Positions 54,359 to 63,748 of a DNA stretch of 64,000 bases are shown piece after piece. Source of the DNA: Escherichia coli (GTDB taxonomy: Bacteria > Pseudomonadota > Gammaproteobacteria > Enterobacterales > Enterobacteriaceae); the NCBI RefSeq assembly GCF_046105845.1, contig NZ_CP151004.1; one strand, 5' to 3'. Under the pieces are notes generated by a model that was not told where the DNA came from, made no database searches, and was given only the letters and a program-made list of their open reading frames with translations. The position numbers were made by a program, and so were the translations under genes. Numbering within the stretch: the stretch's first letter is position 1; every line of letters starts with the position of its first letter.

Positions 54359-55233
54359 TGCAATTTTCCCCCCGCCGCGGCGACGGCTTCGCTAATCACT
54401 TTTTTGGTCATCGTCTGGATGAGATGCAGACGAAACTCTTTACTGGCCCGCCATGAAGAACGCGGGGCGACATCTTGCAGGACAGATTCGCTGATAGCTT
54501 CCAGCGTTTGCAGGTTTAATGGCGCATTTTGTGCAGTCTGTTCGGCATGTTGGCAGCGAATTGGCGTTGGCGCGGCAACACCAAATGCCAGGCGTAATTC
54601 GCTGAAATTGCCGTTATCCAGTCGGCAATGTGCGGCGCAGCCAATCGTTGAAATATCCATTGCGTCGCGCATGGCATATTTAAAATGCGCGCTGCCCGCG
54701 TGTTCTTTCGGCTGGGGCGGAAAATGAAAGGCGACAAGGATTTCGTCATGCTCAAGAGACACTTTGCCCGGTCCGGTGTGAAAGCCATTAATCGGGACGA
54801 AACGAACACCGCGCGGGGAGTGGATCTCCAGTTTCGCGTCATAAATGAGCGTTGGCGTGGCAGAATCTGCGCTGGTAGCACCGTTGCAAATATTTCCACC
54901 GTAGGTAGCGACGTTACGGATCTGCGGTCCGGCAATGGATGAGGCCGCAGCACATAACGCTGGGAGATGACGTTGAGTTACAGGATCTTCAATGAGCTGG
55001 GTAAATGTCGTTGCAGAGCCGATACGTAGTGAGCCATCTTCCGCCAGCGTAATTCCCCGCAGCTCCGCCAGATTGTGAATATCAACAATATGGCGATAAC
55101 GGTCATTGTGATGGTGGAGCTGAATCAGTACGTCAGTGCCACCGGCGAGCAGTTTGGCCTGCGGGTTGTCAGCCAGCAGGTTGATGGCATCGGCAAGGGT
55201 TGCTGCGCGATGGTAAGAAGCAAAATCAAACAT
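54355..55233 (-). CDS. xdhB: Xanthine dehydrogenase FAD-binding subunit
   Basis: 292-aa [39 protein letters not shown]...; overlaps xdhC by 4 nt. Confidence 0.92.
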
Positions 55234-55243
55234 GATGTTATCC

Positions 55244-57502
55244 TCAAATCAATCCTGCCAGATGGAACTCTTCATATAACCGTTTTGGCGTCAGCGGCAG
55301 TGTATTGATTGCAACACCGGTAGCCATCTTCACCGCGTTACGAATAGCAGCGGCAACAGGAATTATTGGTGGCTCACCCAGTGACTTATGTCCGTATGCG
55401 GATTGCGGCTCATTGATTTCGACAAACGCGCTTTCCAGTTGTGGCAGATCCGGCATGGTGGGCATTTTGTAATCCAGCAGATTGGGGTTACGGACCACGC
55501 CGCTTTTCGCATCGATGATCATCTCTTCAAATAGCGCCCAGCCAATGCCCATTCCCATTCCGCCGTGTACCTGACCTTCTGCCAGCAACGGATTAAGAAT
55601 ATGGCCCGAATCATGAACGTTGAGGATGCGGTTGATGGTGACTTTGCACAGCGCAATATCGACCGTCAGATCAACAAAGGTACAGCCAAACGCCGGTGGG
55701 TTAGTGGTGGTTTTGATGGAGCTTTCAGCAGAGAGCTGCCCACCGCGTTCAGGGTGGTAGAAAGCGTCCATCGCCAAATCTTTTAAAGACATTAACGGCT
55801 CTTCCGGTCGTTCAACCAGCACGATATGGCCTTTTATCAGGGTCAGATTCATCGCTGACTGATGTAGCATGACTGCGGCGTGAGCGATGATTTTCTCTTT
55901 TATTAACAGTGCCGCACTGCGCAGCGCAGGCGCGGCAACATAGCTCTGCCGTGAGGCAAATGCGCCGGGATCGAACGGCGTAACATCGGTATCTTGTGTT
56001 GAAATAACGCGAACGTCGCTGACCGGAACCCCCACGGTTTCTGCCACCATTTGCGAGAAGACGGTGTCGGCACCCTGGCCGATTTCCGTCGCGCCGCTTT
56101 GCACGTTGATGGTTCCATCCTGATTCATCAGAAGGCGCGCGCCTGCTATTTCTACGCCGACAGGCCAGGTGTTCGAGGTGTAGCTAAAACAGGCGACGCC
56201 AACGCCGCGGCGTAAATTGCCTTGCTGGTTCTGGCACTCTGCACGGCGTTTTTCCCATTCAAAGATTTTCCGGCCTTTTTCAAGACACTCCGGCAACCCT
56301 GCGCTGTAAATACGTTTGCCTGTGAGCGGATTAGCATCTCCTTCGCGGGCGGCGTTGCGTAAACGAATTTCAACAGGATCAATACCTAACGCTGTCGCGG
56401 CGTCATCAAGCATAGACTCAACGGCAAATACGACTTGTGGCGCGCCATAACCACGCATCGCACCAGCCGAGGGGAGGTTGGTATAGCAGGTCTTTGAACT
56501 GTAAGCGTAGGCACAACGAGGATAAAGGTAAGCGACTTTATTCCCCCCTGCAGAAGCGATGGAGTGCCCGTGAGATGCATAAGCGCCGGTGTTAGACAGA
56601 ACATCCAGACTATAACCTTTCAATGTTCCGTCGCGGTTCACGCCCATTTGCCCGTCAATAGTAAAAGCGTGGCGGGTACGGGTTGCGAGGAAACACTCTT
56701 CACGGCTAAGGGAAACTTTCACCGGAATGCCGCCAAGCTTGCTGGTCAGGAATGCCGCCATTGGCTCTTCCAGTACATCCTGTTTATTACCAAAACCGCC
56801 ACCGACAAACGGTTTGATGACTCGTACGCATGACCAGGGGATATCCAGCGCCTGACCAACCACGCGGCGCACAATGTGCGGGATCTGGGTGCTGGAAACG
56901 ATGGTAATTCGCGAGTCATCTTCCATCCATGCCAGCGATGTCACGCTTTCCATGTGACAATGTTGAATGACCGGCGTCTGATAGTGCCCCTGTACCTGGT
57001 AGTCGGCGGCATCGATTGTTTGTTGGACATTGCCCGTCGACATCGTGCTTTGTTTTAGTAAATTGCCGCCGTTATGGATTGGTTCAGCGTCATCAGCCAG
57101 CGCCGCTTCTGGGGTGGTGATAACGGGTAATTCTTGCCACTCAATGCTGACCAATTGCGCCGCTTTTTCTGCCGTGAGTTCATCACGGGCCACGACGATG
57201 GCAACGGCGTCTCCATGGTGACGAACATGGCGAGTTAGCAGTGCGCGATCGGCGGTATCGCGCTTGTTTTCGTCAAGTGTCCAGGCATGCCCAGCTGTAG
57301 CGAATGGGATATCAGGCACATCTTCCCAGGTAAAAATCGCCAGTACGCCTGGTAAACTTCTGGCTTGTTCATCATTAATACTTACGGCATAACCATGTGC
57401 GATAGGGCTACGTACATATTTCGCGTAACACATGCCCGCCATAACATAATCGTCAGTATATCGTGCCCGCCCGGTGACCTTAGCAATGGCATCGACGCGC
57501 AT
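55244..57502 (-). CDS. xdhA: Xanthine dehydrogenase molybdenum-binding subunit
   Basis: Start set at MRVDAIAKVTGRARYTDDY... to give 752 aa; the track ORF extends 13 codons further upstream. Confidence 0.92.
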   Translation of the reverse strand: MRVDAIAKVTGRARYTDDYVMAGMCYAKYVRSPIAHGYAVSINDEQARSLPGVLAIFTWEDVPDIPFATAGHAWTLDENKRDTADRALLTRHVRHHGDAVAIVVARDELTAEKAAQLVSIEWQELPVITTPEAALADDAEPIHNGGNLLKQSTMSTGNVQQTIDAADYQVQGHYQTPVIQHCHMESVTSLAWMEDDSRITIVSSTQIPHIVRRVVGQALDIPWSCVRVIKPFVGGGFGNKQDVLEEPMAAFLTSKLGGIPVKVSLSREECFLATRTRHAFTIDGQMGVNRDGTLKGYSLDVLSNTGAYASHGHSIASAGGNKVAYLYPRCAYAYSSKTCYTNLPSAGAMRGYGAPQVVFAVESMLDDAATALGIDPVEIRLRNAAREGDANPLTGKRIYSAGLPECLEKGRKIFEWEKRRAECQNQQGNLRRGVGVACFSYTSNTWPVGVEIAGARLLMNQDGTINVQSGATEIGQGADTVFSQMVAETVGVPVSDVRVISTQDTDVTPFDPGAFASRQSYVAAPALRSAALLIKEKIIAHAAVMLHQSAMNLTLIKGHIVLVERPEEPLMSLKDLAMDAFYHPERGGQLSAESSIKTTTNPPAFGCTFVDLTVDIALCKVTINRILNVHDSGHILNPLLAEGQVHGGMGMGIGWALFEEMIIDAKSGVVRNPNLLDYKMPTMPDLPQLESAFVEINEPQSAYGHKSLGEPPIIPVAAAIRNAVKMATGVAINTLPLTPKRLYEEFHLAGLI

Positions 57503-57649
57503 GCAAGATTCACCCGTAGCGGTTGCTTCCCGCGCTTCCATAGAAATCCCCTCGATTTGAACATTTGGTTCTTATGGCAAAGATTTAGTCTAAGCAGGCA
57601 AGATTTACGCCAGAAACGACGATAAGCGTTAAGGGAGGAAGGAAGTGTG

Positions 57650-57697
57650 ATGACGTTAAAAAAACACAGATATGATACGAAACAGGACCCTGAATAG
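57650..57697 (+). CDS. Candidate 15-aa ORF with strong SD (MTLKKHRYDTKQDPE) in the xdhA-ygeR divergent region
   Basis: aagggaggaaggaagtgtgATG: SD-like GGGAGG/GGAAGG upstream of the ATG; not in the ORF track; function unknown, may be spurious. Confidence 0.2.
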   Translation: MTLKKHRYDTKQDPE

Positions 57698-57956
57698 GGG
57701 CAGTGATACGTATCAATATGAGTGGCGATAAAATCAATGTGATAAATTGGGATTATTACGCATCAGGATGGGAAATAGGGTAAATGAGTCAGGAAATTCG
57801 ATACATCTATAGTGAATATTTTGCTGATGATACTTCCCTTTGCCAAATGAAATTAACCTCTTTCTCTATTACCGCGTTTTTCCAGAAGCAAGAGATTGGG
57901 TATCCAGAGGCTGGCTGCTATGATATGGCGTCTTGTTTTTTAAGCGAGGAAAGATT

Positions 57957-58709
57957 TTGAGTGCGGGACGCCTGAATAAAAAATCTCTGGGTATCGTGAT
58001 GTTGTTATCGATTGGACTGCTTTTGGCGGGCTGTTCGGGTAGCAAATCATCCGATACAGGAACGTATTCCGGCTCCGTTTACACCGTGAAACGGGGGGAT
58101 ACGCTATATCGTATTTCGCGCACCACGGGAACCAGCGTAAAAGAACTTGCGAGACTGAACGGCATTTCACCCCCTTACACCATTGAAGTTGGTCAGAAAC
58201 TAAAACTGGGTGGGGCGAAAAGTAGCAGTACACGTAAATCAACCGCCAAATCAACGACCAAAACCGCATCGGTTACACCGTCATCAGCAGTACCGAAATC
58301 TTCCTGGCCGCCAGTAGGGCAACGTTGTTGGTTATGGCCAACGACAGGGAAAGTTATCATGCCGTATTCGACAGCTGATGGCGGCAATAAAGGGATTGAT
58401 ATCTCAGCTCCACGGGGTACACCTATTTACGCCGCGGGTGCAGGAAAGGTGGTGTATGTGGGCAACCAGCTGCGTGGCTACGGTAATCTCATCATGATTA
58501 AACACAGTGAAGATTACATTACGGCTTACGCCCATAATGACACGATGCTGGTAAATAATGGGCAAAGCGTGAAGGCTGGGCAAAAAATCGCCACTATGGG
58601 GAGCACTGATGCGGCATCTGTTCGCCTGCATTTCCAGATTCGTTACCGTGCAACGGCAATTGATCCGCTGCGTTACTTGCCGCCTCAGGGCAGCAAGCCA
58701 AAATGCTGA
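57957..58709 (+). CDS. ygeR: LysM-domain / M23 peptidase-family lipoprotein
   Basis: Signal peptide with lipobox LLAGC; LysM motif (YTVKRGDTLYRISRTTG); C-terminal M23-like domain. Start uncertain: TTG at 57957 chosen, the track uses TTG at 57933. Confidence 0.85.
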   Translation: MSAGRLNKKSLGIVMLLSIGLLLAGCSGSKSSDTGTYSGSVYTVKRGDTLYRISRTTGTSVKELARLNGISPPYTIEVGQKLKLGGAKSSSTRKSTAKSTTKTASVTPSSAVPKSSWPPVGQRCWLWPTTGKVIMPYSTADGGNKGIDISAPRGTPIYAAGAGKVVYVGNQLRGYGNLIMIKHSEDYITAYAHNDTMLVNNGQSVKAGQKIATMGSTDAASVRLHFQIRYRATAIDPLRYLPPQGSKPKC

Positions 58710-58742
58710 TGGCGAATTAATCAGCAGTCAGCAGCGCGGCAC

Positions 58743-58770
58743 TTGCTAAGGAGAGCGTAAGGTTTATAAT
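58743..58770 (+). promoter_or_regulatory. Sigma-70 promoter of glyU (-35 TTGCTA, 16-nt spacer, -10 TATAAT, GC-rich discriminator)
   Basis: cTTGCTAaggagagcgtaaggttTATAATgccttacgc located 18 nt upstream of the tRNA 5' end. Confidence 0.65.
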
Positions 58771-58787
58771 GCCTTACGCATCTCGAA

Positions 58788-58861
58788 GCGGGCGTAGTTC
58801 AATGGTAGAACGAGAGCTTCCCAAGCTCTATACGAGGGTTCGATTCCCTTCGCCCGCTCCA
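58788..58861 (+). tRNA. glyU: tRNA-Gly (anticodon CCC)
   Basis: 74 nt: acceptor stem gcgggcg/cgcccgc, anticodon loop cttCCCaag, T-arm ggttcgattcc, and 3' end ...tcca (CCA not encoded). Confidence 0.93.
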
Positions 58862-59081
58862 ATTTATCTTCACCGCATCAACCTGTCATTTTTGTTGTAT
58901 CTTATTTTCCATATTATCTTAATTCAATCGCTTCAGACTTTTCGCAATCGCCGAAATACTTCCCCATTTTTTTGTAAATAAAAGCGTTTACGCAATGCAA
59001 TCCATTTGTAACAACCCAGGTAAAATACCTTATTTTCAAGTTGTTAAATAAGTGGTTATCTACGCTTTTAACAAACGATTG

Positions 59082-60704
59082 ATGGAATCTTTTATGAAAG
59101 GGAAATCTACATTAACTCTTCTGCTCGCTGGTATATTTTCATGCGGCACATGCCAGGCGACAGGGGCAGAAGTGACGAGTGAATCTGTATTTAACATTCT
59201 TAATTCCACGGGGGCAGCAACTGATAAAAGTTATTTATCGTTAAATCCAGATAAGTATCCTAATTATCGTCTTCTGATTCACTCAGCCAAATTAAAAAAT
59301 GAAATAAAGAGCCACTATACCAAAGACGAAATTCAAGGATTGTTAACATTAACAGAAAATACACGAAAGTTAACGTTGACGGAGAAACCCTGGGGAACAT
59401 TTATTCTTGCTTCTACTTTCGAAGATGACAAAACAGCGGCAGAAACCCACTATGATGCTGTCTGGCTGAGGGATAGTTTATGGGGCTATATGGCATTAGT
59501 ATCAGAACAGGGAAATAGTGTAGCCGCAAAAAAGGTTCTGCTCACTCTGTGGGATTATATGTCTACGCCCGACCAGATTAAGCGGATGCAGGATGTCATT
59601 AGCAACCCAAAACGACTGGATGGAATTCCCGGGCAAATGAATGCTGTGCATATCCGATTTGACAGCAACTCCCCCGTGATGGCAGATGTGCAGGAAGAAG
59701 GCAAGCCGCAGCTGTGGAACCATAAACAAAATGATGCTTTAGGTCTTTATCTTGATCTCCTTATACAAGCAATCGACACTGGTACTATTAACGCTGAAGA
59801 CTGGGAAAAAGGTGACCGATTAAAATCGATTGCGCTGTTGGTTGCTTATCTGGATAAAGCCAATTTCTATGTTATGGAAGATTCCGGAGCGTGGGAAGAA
59901 GATGCCAGATTAAACACATCTTCCGTTGCACTGGTGACCTCTGGACTGGAACGTTTGTCGAACTTACTCTCGAAGAAAGACTCTGTTTTTATCTCTGATT
60001 TACTACGCGAAGCTAAAGCCAATGAACTGGATGAAACTCTTTCAACAACGAGGTTGAACCATCTCATAGATAAAGGGTATGAAAGAATAACGCTACAGCT
60101 TGATTTAGGGGGAGAATCCCCTGGTTATCTGGAAAAAGATAAACATTACAGAGAAGCTGATGCGGCCTTACTTAATGTTATTTATCCTGCAAATCTTTCA
60201 AAGATAAATACCAGAAGAAAAGAGCAAGTTCTAAAAATAGTTAAAAAACTAGCAGGTCCGTATGGTATAAAAAGATACGAGAAGGATAATTATCAGTCGG
60301 CAAATTTTTGGTTCAATGATATTAAAACTGATACTGATGAAAATTCACATGCGAAAAGAGAAAAGAGCTTCATTCCATCAACAGAAGCAGAATGGTTTTT
60401 TGACTCATGGTATGCAAAATCAGCAGCAATTGTTTATAAAGAATCAAGAAAAGAAGAATATTTGAATGACTCAGTGCAATTTATGAATAGATCATTGGCC
60501 CAAATAACAGGCGAGAATATGATTGGTGCAAATGGCAGGAGCGTACCTGAAATGGCACTTCCCGAAAGCTATAACTATATCCACAAGTCAGGAACTTTGC
60601 ATGAAGCGCCAAGCCCTATCATTCCGCTAAACTGGTCGAAAGCCTCAATGACTCTTATGTTGAAAGAAATGTCCAACCTTATCAATGATGAGGGAATTAA
60701 ATAG
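59082..60704 (+). CDS. Secreted glycoside-hydrolase-like protein, GH15 (glucoamylase-like) motifs
   Basis: Signal peptide MKGKSTLTLLLAGIFSCGTCQA; motifs AVWLRDSLWGY and EDSGAWEEDARLN resemble the GH15 substrate-binding Arg and catalytic acid regions. Start ambiguous (ATG at 59082 or 59094). Probably corresponds to the ygeQ locus, which is a pseudogene in K-12. Confidence 0.6.
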   Translation: MESFMKGKSTLTLLLAGIFSCGTCQATGAEVTSESVFNILNSTGAATDKSYLSLNPDKYPNYRLLIHSAKLKNEIKSHYTKDEIQGLLTLTENTRKLTLTEKPWGTFILASTFEDDKTAAETHYDAVWLRDSLWGYMALVSEQGNSVAAKKVLLTLWDYMSTPDQIKRMQDVISNPKRLDGIPGQMNAVHIRFDSNSPVMADVQEEGKPQLWNHKQNDALGLYLDLLIQAIDTGTINAEDWEKGDRLKSIALLVAYLDKANFYVMEDSGAWEEDARLNTSSVALVTSGLERLSNLLSKKDSVFISDLLREAKANELDETLSTTRLNHLIDKGYERITLQLDLGGESPGYLEKDKHYREADAALLNVIYPANLSKINTRRKEQVLKIVKKLAGPYGIKRYEKDNYQSANFWFNDIKTDTDENSHAKREKSFIPSTEAEWFFDSWYAKSAAIVYKESRKEEYLNDSVQFMNRSLAQITGENMIGANGRSVPEMALPESYNYIHKSGTLHEAPSPIIPLNWSKASMTLMLKEMSNLINDEGIK

Positions 60705-60769
60705 TTTTCATAATGAGGCGGTCCTGGATTAAAAGGACCGCTCAAAGAGAAATCGTAAGGGAGGTAAAA

Positions 60770-60949
60770 GTGATCAATAAATTACTGTTAGCTTACCTGA
60801 TAGGTCTGGTTGTGACATCGACCTTAATATTTATCTTCTCGGAAGAAAAAGTAACATATCGGTTGTTTGCTGCAGTAATTACAGGGTTGACCTGGCCGCT
60901 TAGCCTCATTCCATCCATCATAAGTCTCATGATTCGTAAATCCGACTAA
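60770..60949 (+). CDS. Small (59-aa) two-helix membrane protein
   Basis: Strong SD aagggagg 6 nt upstream of GTG 60770; two hydrophobic segments (LLLAYLIGLVVTSTLIFIF; LFAAVITGLTWPLSLIPSIISLMI). The track ORF from 60713 lacks an SD. Confidence 0.45.
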   Translation: MINKLLLAYLIGLVVTSTLIFIFSEEKVTYRLFAAVITGLTWPLSLIPSIISLMIRKSD

Positions 60950-61294
60950 CAAGAAAATTATATGAACGATTAAGAAAAATAGAATCGAAAAAGAGAATAA
61001 AATATATGCGGGGAGTAACAAAACACTCGCAGTACGTTAATGTGTAACTAACAAATATGATTTTTATTGAAAATAGTCACCAAACAAGTGTTATAAGAAA
61101 TACGGGGTATGTTTAAGTAAAACATATCAACAGTTGCAATTCTGTATATGGACAGGATGACTTACTACTGTAAGTGGCTGATAGCTATTCGCTCATAACA
61201 AAATCATTATTTTATAAATAGTAATCATCACTTTTTAATCATGTTTTTATAGCAAGTTTATGGAGAATGAGAATATGGAATAAGGAGATGAAAC

Positions 61295-62044
61295 ATGATT
61301 GAAGAAGGGCTGTTACTTCCAATGAATGTTTTGCTTCAAGGACAGAAGTTAACCCTACTGGACCCTGAAATGTGGTTCTTACGGGGAAATGAAAACAAGG
61401 ATGTAACCCTTGTTATTACGATTGGTAATAACCATCAAAAATTAATGGTAGTGGAAGATATATTACTGCTCATTGACCGAAGCCAAATTGAGGTAACTGC
61501 AGGGAAAGTAATTTATCATCCACTTCGCATTGATATCCTGAGTAAATTATTAGCTTTTATAGATGAATCAACGGGGAGTGTGGAAAGGGAACACCATGAA
61601 TTGTTTGCTGATGCCTTGCCCTTTGCATCAGAAGTTGTGCTATTCAGTAAAGTTGCAAGTGAAGCCTGGTTTTTAGCCACTTATCTGAGCAGCGATAATA
61701 TTAATGAAATTCTGTTTCAGCATCTAAGAAAAACAGAATGCTATAAACTGGTTCGCTATTTATTATCGCAATCGCTCATACAGACTTCACTCTATGATCT
61801 TGGTGAGCTTTACGGCGTATCGTATTCACATTTTCGCCGTTTATGTAGTTATGCATTGGGTGGTAAAGTTAAAACGGAATTATGTGGCTGGAGAGTTGCC
61901 AGAGCCGTGTTGGAAATCATTGAAGGAAACAGTGATATGACAACTATTGCGCATAAATATGGCTACTCATCCTCATCACACTTTTCAGCCGAAGTAAAAA
62001 GCCGGTTAGGAAAAACACCGAGAGAACTATGTAAAAAGTTATGA
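61295..62044 (+). CDS. eivF: AraC-family T3SS transcriptional activator (InvF-like)
   Basis: 249 aa; C-terminal AraC HTH (TIAHKYGYSSSSHFSAEVKSRLGKTPREL); SD aaggag upstream; stop overlaps the secretin start (ATGA). Confidence 0.7.
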   Translation: MIEEGLLLPMNVLLQGQKLTLLDPEMWFLRGNENKDVTLVITIGNNHQKLMVVEDILLLIDRSQIEVTAGKVIYHPLRIDILSKLLAFIDESTGSVEREHHELFADALPFASEVVLFSKVASEAWFLATYLSSDNINEILFQHLRKTECYKLVRYLLSQSLIQTSLYDLGELYGVSYSHFRRLCSYALGGKVKTELCGWRVARAVLEIIEGNSDMTTIAHKYGYSSSSHFSAEVKSRLGKTPRELCKKL

Positions 62045-63744
62045 AAATAAAATTACGTATTACTATTATATTAATTTCAGCCTTATGCATTTTTAATGGA
62101 TTATTGACTCCTGGTGCATATGCCGCAACAGCGAATGGATACGTAGCAAATAAAGAAAATCTACGTAGTTTTTTTGAAACGGTTTCATCATATGCGGGTA
62201 AGCCTACAATAGTAAGTAAGCTTGCCATGAAGAAACAGATCAGCGGAAATTTTGATTTAACCGAACCCTATGCCTTGATTGAACGCCTGTCGGCGCAGAT
62301 GGGACTTATTTGGTACGATGATGGCAAAGCTATTTATATCTATGACTCATCAGAGATGCGTAATGCGCTGATTAATCTGAGAAAGGTATCGACGAATGAG
62401 TTTAATAATTTTTTAAAAAAATCGGGTCTGTATAACTCTCGTTATGAAATTAAAGGGGGCGGCAATGGTACTTTCTATGTATCGGGGCCACCAGTTTATG
62501 TTGACCTGGTCGTTAATGCTGCAAAATTAATGGAGCAAAACAGTGATGGCATCGAGATCGGACGCAATAAAGTAGGGATTATTCACCTGGTCAACACATT
62601 CGTTAATGATCGGACTTATGAATTACGTGGCGAAAAGATAGTTATTCCTGGCATGGCAAAAGTACTATCGACGTTGTTAAATAATAACATTAAGCAAAGC
62701 ACTGGGGTTAACGTACTTTCTGAAATTTCAAGTCGTCAACAACTAAAAAACGTATCACGTATGCCTCCTTTTCCTGGTGCTGAAGAAGATGATGATCTAC
62801 AAGTAGAGAAAATAATATCGACAGCTGGAGCGCCAGAGACTGACGATATACAAATTATTGCATATCCTGATACCAACAGTTTACTTGTTAAAGGAACAGT
62901 ATCTCAGGTTGATTTTATCGAGAAGTTAGTAGCTACACTCGATATTCCAAAGCGACACATTGAATTATCTTTATGGATAATAGATATTGATAAGACTGAT
63001 TTAGAACAGTTAGGAGCTGACTGGTCGGGCACGATAAAAATTGGATCCAGCCTAAGTGCATCATTTAATAATTCAGGTTCAATTAGTACCCTGGATGGGA
63101 CACAGTTTATTGCAACAATACAGGCACTTGCGCAAAAAAGAAGAGCCGCCGTTGTTGCTCGTCCTGTCGTTTTAACACAGGAGAATATTCCTGCTATATT
63201 TGATAATAACCGTACTTTCTATACTAAATTAGTCGGCGAGCGTACTGCGGAGTTGGATGAAGTAACCTATGGTACGATGATTAGCGTGCTACCACGATTT
63301 GCTTCGCGAAATCAAATTGAATTACTCTTGAATATTGAAGATGGCAATGAAATCAATTCTGACAAGACCAATGTTGATGATCTGCCTCAGGTTGGTAGAA
63401 CGCTTATAAGTACTATTGCGCGCGTGCCTCAAGGGAAAAGTCTTTTGATTGGTGGATATACACGAGATACGAATACCTATGAAAGTCGCAAGATCCCAAT
63501 ATTAGGCAGTATTCCATTTATTGGTAAATTATTTGGATATGAAGGAACAAATGCGAATAACATCGTTCGTGTCTTTCTTATTGAGCCAAGAGAGATCGAT
63601 GAGCGCATGATGAATAATGCGAATGAGGCTTCGGTTGACGCCAGAGCAATAACACAGCAAATGGCAAAAAATAAAGAAATCAACGATGAATTACTGCAGA
63701 AATGGATAAAAACTTACCTGAATCGTGAAGTCGTCGGAGGATAG
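62041..63744 (+). CDS. eivG: Type III secretion outer-membrane secretin (SctC / InvG family)
   Basis: 567 aa; signal peptide; secretin C-domain motifs (VPILGSIPFIGKLFG). Confidence 0.8.
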   Translation: MKIKLRITIILISALCIFNGLLTPGAYAATANGYVANKENLRSFFETVSSYAGKPTIVSKLAMKKQISGNFDLTEPYALIERLSAQMGLIWYDDGKAIYIYDSSEMRNALINLRKVSTNEFNNFLKKSGLYNSRYEIKGGGNGTFYVSGPPVYVDLVVNAAKLMEQNSDGIEIGRNKVGIIHLVNTFVNDRTYELRGEKIVIPGMAKVLSTLLNNNIKQSTGVNVLSEISSRQQLKNVSRMPPFPGAEEDDDLQVEKIISTAGAPETDDIQIIAYPDTNSLLVKGTVSQVDFIEKLVATLDIPKRHIELSLWIIDIDKTDLEQLGADWSGTIKIGSSLSASFNNSGSISTLDGTQFIATIQALAQKRRAAVVARPVVLTQENIPAIFDNNRTFYTKLVGERTAELDEVTYGTMISVLPRFASRNQIELLLNIEDGNEINSDKTNVDDLPQVGRTLISTIARVPQGKSLLIGGYTRDTNTYESRKIPILGSIPFIGKLFGYEGTNANNIVRVFLIEPREIDERMMNNANEASVDARAITQQMAKNKEINDELLQKWIKTYLNREVVGG

Positions 63745-63748
63745 TGAA

